64,000 nt of DNA. It comes from Fimbriosthenelais zetlandica (lineage: Eukaryota). The DNA lies in NCBI GenBank assembly GCA_977030845.1, contig OZ365113.1, positions 15,128,001 through 15,192,000 of the forward strand, read 5' to 3'. Positions 53,050 to 64,000 of this stretch are shown here, piece by piece. Position 1 is the stretch's first letter. The number at the start of each line of letters is the position of its first letter. The translations under genes were made by a program, and so were the position numbers. Below the pieces are notes generated by a model. That model was given only the letters and a program-made list of their open reading frames with translations. It was not told where the DNA came from and searched no databases.

Positions 53050-54400
53050 ATTTAACTTCTCCAGTGGCTGGGAAAATCATACCCGGGAGGGAAGAGACAT
53101 GGTGAAGAGGAGGGTGGATGCCCTCCCCAATGACCCTATTCTGAAGATGGATGCCTCCTCTAACGAGTGAAGCTGATAATGTCAGGGTTCAGTGGGCTGG
53201 TGTGGTAACGACTAACGAGTGGGCAGGTGCTTGGCTATACTCTCTGATGAAATAGTGCGCCTTCAACCAGAGCGCAGTGAAGGTGCAGATGATCGGATCA
53301 TCAAGATATTGATGGATTGTTATCATTCCTCGTATGCCAATATTGCCCTAAATGCATATAGTAATTTCAGAAAGATATCCTGTCATTTCAACCAACTTGT
53401 ATCAAAATAACTGTACAGGTGTTTCGGCATACCCTCCATCCATGATACCATATAGCACTTTGAACCTGTGATTTTCCTTCCGGAAAAGTTTTGTATACAT
53501 AGAGGTGAATATTTAGGTGATGTACTAGCATAAATAGTGATAGTATGTTGACGCTGATAAATCGGCTGATTCACTTGGCTGGTTTAATTATGAGCCAACA
53601 GGTGCTCCAGCTATACTCACTGATAAAACTCACTGAATCAGCGAATATAGTCTTCGAGGCATGAAGATATGAGATGATATTACTGCTATTTATCTCTGGA
53701 CGTGATATATAGCTGAGGTATTGATCGTTCATCCTTCATTTCCTATGACAAGATGACAAGTTCATCTTATAGTGTTGAGAGCCAAGAATGTAAAGTATCC
53801 TCGACATTTCACCTCTCCAGCTATGTGTGCTGGCGAAGGGTATGGTTAAGAATCAGCCATGTCCTGGAGGAGTGAGGCTTTATGGCTTACATCCAGGTGG
53901 TCTTGTACTTCAGTACACAGGAGGAGCTGCCTGGAGAGGTGCTGGGGCACGCTAGTAACACAGGCAGGGGGCAGCCCAGCAATAAATAGGACTTTGGCCT
54001 GGAGGACAGGTGGAAAGGTGATACCACTAACAAGGGGTGTGATCTATAGGTGATGTGTCCACTCATGAGATGCGACTTCAGCATTAGAAAGAGACGGAAA
54101 TGGAGATGGTGGTCAGAGGCAAAAATAACTGGTCTGTACCTAATAGTACACAAATTCCAGACGGTTGTACAGGTGGTCGGACGGGGATTAAAGGAATTGT
54201 TTCCTTTGATTTTATGCTGGTGGAACGACAGGTTCCTTTGTAGGTCTATCCTTCCTGATAAAAACAGGTATTGAGGATTTGCTGCTTGGGAATGATAGTT
54301 CCATTGTACAATCCAGGTTTTACTGGTTCCAACAATGTATTGATTTCTCCACCATTGCGTTTCCACTTTTAAAAGAGTTCCAGCTTCCTTGTGATTTTAT
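53050..54400 (-). mobile_element. Decayed DIRS-like tyrosine recombinase remnant
   Basis: KIKGNNSFNPRPTTCTTVWNLCTIRY (ORF 53887-54366) resembles DIRS YR KGxFNxRPPxPxYxxxWDVxxVLxYL. Upstream SWNSF and GLYNGTI, and downstream GRAST and HWRS near 53060-53130, resemble the H-S-x-R..ATS..A-x-W-x-S C-terminus. Confidence 0.45.
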
Positions 54401-57299
54401 AGAAAGCTTCAAGGAATTTTAAAGTTGAAATTGTCTTAAGTCCTTGTAGGATTTAAAAGGCTCCGCCCTTTTATTGTCCGGCTGGGCTATATAGAAAGCT
54501 TTAAAGTATTCATTTGTGTGATGCTCCCTTATGAATTGCTCTATATGCCCTTGCTCCTGACGGTGACTCGGGCGGCCAGGGTGAAGTCGGTGAATAGAGG
54601 GGGGACTGCTATGGAGTAGCTCTAGAGAGGTGCTCCCCAGTGACCAGGGTCCTATTCCCGAGTGCCTTCCACGCATCACAGAGCTTCCCTATACACTCTT
54701 ATCCCCCATCCGTCAGACTTAACAGCTTCCCGCCCGCCTCACCGCCATCTGAAAGCGATATCAGCTGTCCTATAATGCACTGCACCGCAAACGTCTACCA
54801 CCACCGGAAGCTGGGACATTCTGCATTCAGATGGCACAAGGATGATTTAGATGTAGCTCCAAAATGCCATGCTTCACTCGCCGATGAAGACTAGTCCTCC
54901 CGTCGTCTATGTCTTTTATCCAAAACCAGTTAATATGTAGGTGTTAGCCAGTCATGGTTGTAATTAAACATGGAAAAGAGCGTGATTTATCGAGGCAAGC
55001 TTGGGATGATACCCTAAAAGGGACTTGGCCAAGAGTCCCTCTGGGGACTTTGTATAGAGAGGGACTCCTCACACAATCTGGCTCCATCAATCACGCCTTG
55101 CTATACTTTCTCTCTCCTTTCTCCTTTCTTTCCGTGCCTCGGGCTGGATCAGACCCTTTCCCCGGTTGCTCTTGGAGAAGCATGATTGAGAAATGTGGAG
55201 CTTACAGGAGGAGGTAATCACTGATCATTGTCTCCTGATGGTTCCACACCTCCTGTCCATACCTCAAGGCACTGCTGACGAGGTCTTATCTAATGGTTCC
55301 TTCTAATGGTCCTCATCCAGACTCACCTCTTAAACTATACAGTTTTCTTGCTTATATTGCAGATGACTATAGTACGCATAACCTCTTATACCGACTGCCT
55401 TAATATTTGTATAATTATCCACTACACAAGTGAGGTTCTGTTCATACTGTCTTGCCTGAACATTAAGGTCTGCTTACTGAACTACGGTCAAACTTGTTAG
55501 TCTGAGCAACGAGAGTAATTTTTAACTTTATTTTACTCTCGTTGGTCTGAGCTATATGAAAGTGTGGGGTATTATGGCAATATCCAATGACTCAATATTC
55601 TAATGGACCAGTGAAAAGGTAAACAAGCTTGTCAATTCTAATTAGTCGCTTACAAAGATAAATATTGCATTGCATGAAATGAAGCCCCCATCAGCGACCA
55701 TTGTCATCACCACGGTGGGCCGTCACTTATCTTGATGGGGGACGTTCTGCAGACTGCTGATATCGGCCATGATGGAGCAAAATATCAGCAATTTGTCATA
55801 GCCAGAATGGGGAGAAAGACCTAGTAATTTCACTGCAAAATCATTCAACACAGACCATTAAAACACTTCACTTTCATCTTGGATGTAAGGCGCTCTATCC
55901 CTCTTCTAAAAGGAGGTGCAAAATGAGGACCACAATTATACTTCCGGTCCCCTCAATCATCGCTTTAAATCTTTTCCCTATAAAAGGATTTATATTTCAC
56001 AATATCTCAAGGAATATTGACACATATATTCAGGCAAGCATGCATGAGTGAATATGGGATCAATTTACTGCCTTGATAATTCAAAAACTGTCCTCATGTA
56101 TACTTCTGGTGAATCCTAATTTTGTTAAATGCGCCCCTCGCTCTGACCTTCCCTACTAAAGGCCCATGCAACCATCCTGTTGTACGTCAACCTTCTCATT
56201 TTATTTCCTCAAATTGCTTTCATTTTGATGTAATACAGTAATTTATTGGTGTATTTGTATCGTGTGGTTCTCTTATAAGTATCATATTGCCATTTCTGGT
56301 AATCTCCTAAGGACTCAATCCGCTGATGTACTTAGTTCCTATGTATACTCTCAGGGAGGGAGCTTAATATATAGTTGGTTGGCTGGAGGCCTGATGTTCA
56401 TGGCAAGGGAGTTGGACGAAGGAAAGCATGAGAAGGGGAGGGAGGGCATGATGTGAAAGAAAAGAGGAGAGTAGAAGGGGGAAGAAACCAAAACAGATCT
56501 ATACTGGTAGGGAGATAATCCCCTATCATGTGACCCAGATCTGTGCCTGATATCCACAAATCCTCTGATGCCATGCAGGATAAAGTGGTTTAAGGAGATT
56601 ATAATCGGCTACGGTCTTTATCCCCTCTGTTTCCTTTGAAATATATTCTCAGCGTTATTGGGAAATAACATATAGTATTCTTGTCCCCTACATCCTGTAT
56701 ATGTGACCTCACTCTGGTGAAGACATTGACTGTCTTTGAAATGTTATAAAGAAACAAGTTGCACACGACCATCTACCGGAACAAAAGACCATGGTCTGGG
56801 GAAGTAAAGGTGGCAGAAGAACTACTCGCTGACTACCCACTGCTTCCCATCCCCCTTAATCATTGAGCCACAACACAAGCGGCCCCAATCAGACCGGATA
56901 TGGATCCGCCCCAGAATGCCTTTCACCTGTCGGGTCCCAGGCTCTTCATCAAAACCATGACAAAGAGAGCCGGCTTCTTCTATCCGGGTCCCCTACAAAG
57001 AGACTGGCTGCCAGGCGTTCCTGACCATCTGGGCCAGGAGAACAAACGCTGCTGGAAACTTGCACACTCTTAAAACTGGAAGCTCTTTCAATGCAATAAT
57101 GAAGGCCTGTGGCACATAATTATATGAAGTGGAGAGCATCAAATTGCAAACCCTAATTCATTGAAATCATTCAATATCATACATAAAAGCATATTTTAGG
57201 GAAATAATAACATTTCTGTGATAATTAGATATTCTTATATAATGAAAGTATACTGCAAAATGCTTATAAGCTATCCTTCCGATATCCAACGTTGCATGA

Positions 57300-57600
57300 G
57301 GTTCTTACTTAATGGGCTACATACCAATGACTTGAAGCCTCGTGAAGGTCATAGCAAAGACAGAATTACTTTACTCTGCCGTTATTGAATTGACCTCGAG
57401 GCTCATGCTTGTGTCATCTGATAGAGGATTAAGAAATATGGTTGGGACAGGCCAGAGGAAGTAGGAGATGGGCTAATGTAATAAGAAGAAACTAGTGTGA
57501 GGACAGGTCGAAATAGGCACACCTGAGTTGCTCGGTTAAGATCGATACATATATTGTTCTTCGACTCAGTGTCATCATAAGGCATCTTATGAAGAAAAAG
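57300..57600 (-). mobile_element. Gypsy RT remnant
   Basis: PYDDTESKNNICIDLNRAT resembles PKKDGxIRICIDxRxLN. Confidence 0.35.
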
Positions 57601-60600
57601 ACGACATTAGCCAGAAGGGAATCTTCTGTGGTTAACCAGCAGCCGTCTTTTAATGACCAGCCAATTTTGATGGTCTACAACTGGAAAGGTCAATCACACT
57701 CACATAGCCGTCTCTCAGATTCTTAACCTTTTTGTGTTACAGCGGCACCCCATATTTCTTAAACTTTCTTTGCGACAAGCTGAACTCTTAAATGCTTTAA
57801 ATAAGCCACATTGTTTCAATTCATCGTAACGATATTGTTTGCCATAGCCAGATTGTAGATCTGGTTGCCCTCGTTATATTGCAATCACTGCCCTCGACTA
57901 CATGAGGGCTTGCAGTCTTTCTTGGTGTAACGCCCTCCAATATCTTAAAAGCCTTCGTCATAAATCAGCCTAAATGAATAATTAAACGCTTGATTTCCAA
58001 ACCACTTGCCCAGTGTAATGGAATTCCTGATGAAAAGCCAGGGCCGTTTGCCTTGTACTGTTATGCTCAATTTAATCAGAGCAATAGACGTTAGATCCTA
58101 AAACGTGTCATGGCCATAATGAAATGCATAGACATTTAGTGGTTTTTCTGCCATAGATGGCAGTGTGTTGCTACCAATGGCAAAATAGACACGGCAAGAT
58201 CCTAAGTATATGATACATGCAAGATGTAAAGTTGGGGATAGACTGGAAGGAAAGCTGAGACCACAGAGGATATAGTGCTGATGTAATGAATGAAGCAATT
58301 GCTTAAGTTGCAGCAACAATAATATTTTGAAATGTATGAAGTTGCCCAAGACCCCTTAGAATATGCCAAAGAAATTACGTGAAGACTATTGTGATATGCC
58401 TGCATTTGATGGAAATGTCATAATGTATATAAAGGTGGTAATGGAGGGTGAATAATAAATAGATGTCTCAGACCTCCACAACTTCTGGGCCCTCTCCAAT
58501 CACACCCAACTTCACACCATCACGATTCATTTGTCACCCACTGAGTCTGACCTTCCCTGAGATCCTTTGGAAGCCATTTACTTTGGAGCAACATTGTTAT
58601 TACTGTCTGAAATGGGATCCCTTATATTATAGTACCGGCGGAAATGTATTTTCTTGATAAGTGAAGTAAAAATCGGGAATATCTTATTAGTTCTTAGTGC
58701 TGCATAAAGTATATAGTCCAAGTTCAGACATCCAACTTACTTCTCCAGCTCTTTCCATAGTGTAGTGCCATGATGCTATCACCCAAAGGTCCTGGTAGTA
58801 CCCTGTATCATGGGTGGATCTGTAGGTTTAATTATTCATCCCGATTGACCCTAGACCACTAACTCACACCTTGGTTCACCTTGCTAAGACATACAGCTAA
58901 AACCTCAGTCCAAGGCTAGGAATGAGACTACATATAATGTGCCTCACTGCTTGTTACTTAATCTACAGGACTTATTCTTGGATTATAGAGATAATCTCTC
59001 TAATCCGTAATGGTTTGCAGCGTTCCTTCAAAAGGGATCCCCGTTGATAAAGAGTTCTCAATGTATTCCCTATTGAAATAATCTTTTCTTTCTTACAAGT
59101 TGCATGAAGGAACTGATAGTATGGAAGAGCATTTATTCATGACCACCATGCATATCAAAGAAAGTGCAATATCCCATTACAATTATACTGGGGATTTCTC
59201 TCAACATACATTTAGTATCGTCACTCAGATATGATTTGGTCTTATCACTACTTCTGATTGCACACATTAAAGTGTGTCTTAGATAAGGCAGTCTGTGAGG
59301 ATGACATATGATGTGCATGCCTGTTTGCTCCACTTGTCTCACCCCGCCTGCTCCAGAAGGCATAGCGTGCGGCCTTGTCACCCCTGCTTTACTACGGCTC
59401 TCTTTGAAGTGAGCAATACACGTAGCCAGCTATAGCAAACGTACAAACAGATAGACATACAGAGGCTGATAGGTGTAGAAAAAAGTGGTGAGATGGGGAG
59501 GACAGGGATAAAGGAGAGGTACTATGGTGAAATCTCAATGTAGATATAGGGTGCAGGTACTGGAAAAGAGGGCGAGACACAGAGGGGGATAAAAGGGAAA
59601 AGAATGAGGAGAATTTATATCCGCATCACGAATAGAAATTGGTCGTGCTGGAAACGGTTATTAAGTATTTTCTGCCCAATCATAGCGTGACATTGAAACC
59701 ATACTCAAAAGGAAAATAGTTCTTAATGTTTAAAGCATTTGTTAGACTCAACCTTTAAAGGTTTCGTTTTTTTCTGCAACGTGTGCCATGTGGACTGTTT
59801 GAAAGGGAAATTCAGATATCACTCCAGGCCCTGCAAAGAGATGGATGTATCTTTTCCGTGTGAAATTTTATCGAGATATTACTCTGTGAAGACTGTACCA
59901 AAGCAATAGAGACTGCCTTTTACTGCAGATGGGAACATTTCCATATATCAACGTGGCCTTTTGATTGCCTTTTTGCCTTTGCTTTAAACAATATATTGTA
60001 TCATCATAACATAGTTCGACTCAATTCCACATGCAGTACAATGCATACATACAATGCCATTAGTGCGAGGGATTTATAGCCCAGAATAGACTCTTTTCAA
60101 GCTGAATAAAAATATGCCACGAACGAAGTAAAGAATAAAAAATATATCATTTCAAGGCAAGTGTGATTTATTTAGTCGGCAATGACTTTGTCTCCCTTCC
60201 CGAATATAAATGCATATCTTAACCTTTTGGAGTTGGCTAGGATTAGCCCTGAATAGTTTATTTACAATCTCTCATATTAATTGCCACACAGGAATGAACC
60301 AATCAGGTTCGTAATGCGAGGTCACTTGCCTTTTTTTCTCTACCTGGGTCCTAGAGAAAGCAAATACTGTGGGCCAAGCTAATTGCACAAAGACGGTTTT
60401 TCCTGGCCTTAAAACATTTCCTGCTCTTGCAATATTAAGAAGTCCCAATCTTGGAAACAGAATTCAGTCCAGTAGGTTGACCTTTACTGCTTCTTTCAGG
60501 CTTGGCTTTAACTGCTGTAAATGGTGGAATGCGGGTCAGGCTTTAAAAGCGACATGGACTAAGTCCCGGTCACGCAAACAACAGCTTAACCAAACGATAC

Positions 60601-61786
60601 TGGTTCCTCAAAGACAGGACGGGAGCCATTGATGGCCTCTGCCAATCCTCCATTCCAGCCTTAACAGTTACTTATGAATGTCAAGGCATCCACCTGAAGT
60701 TTTAAATGTCTCAATATAACTTCAGTAGGTGGGAAGTGATGTTGTTTCCAGTACTTTCAGAACTTCCTGTCCTCTGTTACATAGACCTGAATTATAAAAG
60801 GAAAACGAAAGAAAAATGTGCATGTGGACTGAGTGGCCATATGCATAGGGTTTGCTGGCTTGACGCTGATCTAATCTCGGCGGACCAAGGCCCGTCCCCA
60901 AGCTCTGGTCAGTATCACCCAGTCTTAACGTGTAAATTGAATCAGTCTGGAAAAATAACTCAATTCTTCATCCAGAAGATTTTTGCAGAATAATAATTTT
61001 GTTCTACGGCTTTAAAAAAGCGGATATGCTTTATTTCGTGCACTTTAAAGTTTGGCGTAACTGAAAGAGTATAGTCATCTGACTGACTAGTTCCGATGCA
61101 AAAAAAAAAAACTTTTTGGCCAGGGCTTCTTAAAATTGTGAAGATTCTACACCAAAAGGAAATTGAAAAAGATATTTGGGTTACGAAGCTGGCTTCTACT
61201 TCCCAAACTGGAATAACAAAATAGTCTTTCAATATTGGACTGCGGGAAAAGAGATTATGTCCTTTATACTGTGCCTCTCTATTGCAGCATTGTGTCTTAT
61301 TGAGGAGAGATTTGTTATCCCAAACAACTTCCCTCGTAGCAGTGTTGCTTGATGGGTGTGAGGGATCGATCCAATAGTACTACAGAGCAAGGCTATCCTG
61401 TGGATAACGAAGCTCGTCCAATGATTTAGCGGCACCGCTTAACATAATGCCTGCCACAACCATAATGGGTATGGATTCCTTCCTTCTCCAGAGTGCCTTA
61501 GTGATAGTAGACTATAGTGATAGCAAATGATTTTTATTTAGTTTATATCTACTTGCGCTAGTATTCTTTTATTGATATTTGCGACCAGGATGGAGGATTC
61601 TGGAACAATACCCGTGCGGTGAAGCACAAGATTTCAAGTGGATACATCCTGCTGATGTCCCCAATGGAGAATGACTAATGCAGGGATAATTGAGTCAAAT
61701 CCTTCCAATGAGATGTGGGTGGAAAAAGGGGCAAAGTGCCTGTGTTCAAGTGGCAGTGATTTGCCACTGATCCCTCATTGTAACAA

Positions 61787-62173
61787 TTATACAATGATCC
61801 AATTTCGCACTCCATGTCCTATATGCTTGACTGACAGCAAGAGAAAATTAATTAGAGTGAGGCCTTCCTGGCCGAACTTAGACACCACTGCCATGGTAAC
61901 TAATGTAATATCATTTAATTGGCAATCCAGGGTGTAATACACTTGCACCAAGTCACATTTACAAATGAGGAGAAATATAAGACTTAATTCCTTGCCGTCT
62001 CTGTCTAGGGCCGGCCTCTGGGCTCTCCTCCACAACTCTCTCCTATTGTTGTAATGAGATATGTACAGAGATCCGGTGGCTTCCTCGCTCATAAAATTGA
62101 TTGTATCTTTCTGCAATGGTAATTGGGTGATAGTGCAGTCTCTCTCCCTACCATTATGATGGTCCCTCCTCAC
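61787..62173 (-). mobile_element. Gypsy RT remnant
   Basis: ICKCDLVQVYYTL..ITLVT resembles FSKxDLxxAYxQL..TTITT. Confidence 0.35.
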
Positions 62174-64000
62174 TTACAGTCTTTCCCACAAGTATTGAAC
62201 ATTTCTCGGAGGTCTATTTTGTTATTCGGCAATTCACTTATCTTTCATATTCGGTAATTTTATCCTTGTATGAAGCGAGTAACATTTATAACGGATTTAA
62301 AGAAATAATTTTGTTATATTGACTATTTACCAGAACTTAATATAATATACTCGTTGGATAGTCTGTGAAAATCTTTGTGCATAGGAGAGGGAACCAAGGA
62401 TGATATAGATAGGGGAGATTCAATCTATATGGAATAAAATGCCCGTACGTAAAGCACACAATTTGGCATGGTGTATATTGTCCATATAGAATTCTTACTT
62501 CTAATTATTATGGTTGTCTCAAGTGATGTAAATTGCACTACGTTATAGTTACTCCCTCAGGCACTGCTTCACATTGCTGGTTGATTTTTCTGCCTCCTTG
62601 TTAATAATCACATTTCTCTGATTTAATGAGCTTTTTGGCTCATACATTTTACCTCCTCGTTTCCCATTTTCTCAACTTATGATGTGACTAGTGTGTGACA
62701 GAAAACCAATATATGGAAAAACATGGCTACAAATGGCCATAGTAAATGACCAATTGTATAGCTTTCTCCCCTAGAATTGCCTTTGAATCTCCATTAGAAA
62801 AGACAGTGTAACAATTATTGACCATTTTCAAACCTGGCAGCAAGAATTATGGGTGCTCTCCATCATTGAAGTTAGCGTGTGTTTCACCATTAGCGGGACC
62901 ATCCATTGCACTGGAATGACTCAGGATGGCTGCCGCTAGCAGATCAACCACTGACAGGATACCTCTATATGTCTATGTTGTAGCTAGCCACACAGCCAGT
63001 GCAAATCCAGAACAGAAACATTCCACAGACCAATTTAATGTCTGAAAATTGGTTTCAGGTTTCAGACCCTCTTCCGAAACTAAATGTACTGAACGCCTTG
63101 ACCTCTCTCCCTCTGTTTTGCTTGAAAGCTTCAGCACTGACCGGCAGCAAGAGTGTATTTTATATTGCTAGACAGTCTTTGCTGTTGTTACTTATGAATG
63201 ATATTCATTTAAAGATCCAGATTGGTGATAATGTGGGATCCAAGGAAACAGGGCATTATAATTATCAAGACCAGAAGTTTTTCAGTCGACGCATGAGAGA
63301 TTGAGATCTAAAGTGTTAGTGTGTCCATGGCCTAAACCGGAAAGGCAATAAGTGAGAACCTAATGAAGCTTACCAACTATCACAACAAAGGGCCCCGTAT
63401 CCCAAGGATCCATTCTCCCTGGTGTCAAGAGGGCGAAGGCCCTCTACCAGTTACCAATATTGGAAACCAACAGCCACCACTCTTCTAATCCGTTTCCTGT
63501 ATTGGAGATCTACCATCACCAAAGGCATAGCCCTGTCTCACATAAGCAATCTCCATTTTCCACCATGTGGGACCTTTATAATACATCAGCAAAAAAGTAA
63601 CACAATTTGCCCCCACCTTTATTAGATCAAGATCAAGAACTTGTACATTAAAACGAGTTTTAATACCTCCCCGTTGGTATTCCCTGTAGCTGAGCCAACC
63701 CTTGGGCACCTCTGGCCACAATGCATAATTATGGGATCCATTTATCAAAGACTGCATCCTGATATATGTTGCTCTTCCGTTGTGTTCATAATCTCACCGG
63801 GGGCTATGGCCTGGCTTGGAAGAATTGCTGGGTGGATAAAGAATATTCCTTCATATCCCCGGCAAGCCCTGCTTTGAGGGACCATCCATCATTTCAGAAG
63901 TGACTCGTGGGCATTTGATGATTCTTAATGCAATTGCAAAACAGGAATTTGGTACTGGGAGTTATGTATCATTAAGGGGTGCTTTGGACTGCTACCAAAA

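Noticed and set aside
63372-63412. MDPWDTGPFVVIV plus a phase-1 gtaagc donor as the missing Shisa first exon
   Set aside because: The hydrophobic core is too short for a signal peptide, there is no promoter context, and it overlaps a probable integrase relic.
1-64000. The many 60-130 aa ORFs in the supplied track; CRISPR arrays, operons, rRNA or tRNA genes
   Set aside because: The short ORFs are at chance level for this composition or are transposon relics or their antisense. No regularly spaced repeat-spacer array or structured RNA gene was seen.

Overview
This is eukaryotic (animal) genomic DNA, AT-rich and CpG-poor, with GT-AG spliced genes. The TAGGCCTA-rich promoter style suggests an echinoderm, but that is only an inference. 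The one gene I can reconstruct with confidence is a minus-strand Shisa-like single-pass membrane adaptor. Its three phase-compatible exons are 42026-41852 (six-Cys extracellular domain), 36038-35917 (TM helix plus CYFCRCCWLY motif) and 33647-32569 (long disordered tail with PPPY). Together they give about 458 aa; I could not find the signal-peptide exon. A CpG-rich promoter at about 4300-4830 appears to start a plus-strand transcript, with candidate exons at 4780-4818, 5540-5788 and perhaps 31566-31658, whose product I cannot identify. Most remaining sequence is non-coding and littered with very old, frameshifted Ty3/Gypsy pol remnants, two DIRS-like remnants, small MITE-like inverted repeats and microsatellites. 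The transposon calls are by-eye motif matches, not database hits. There are no prokaryotic operons, CRISPR arrays, rRNA or intact tRNA genes, and I see no convincing new multi-gene system. The findings are mostly moderate-interest leads.
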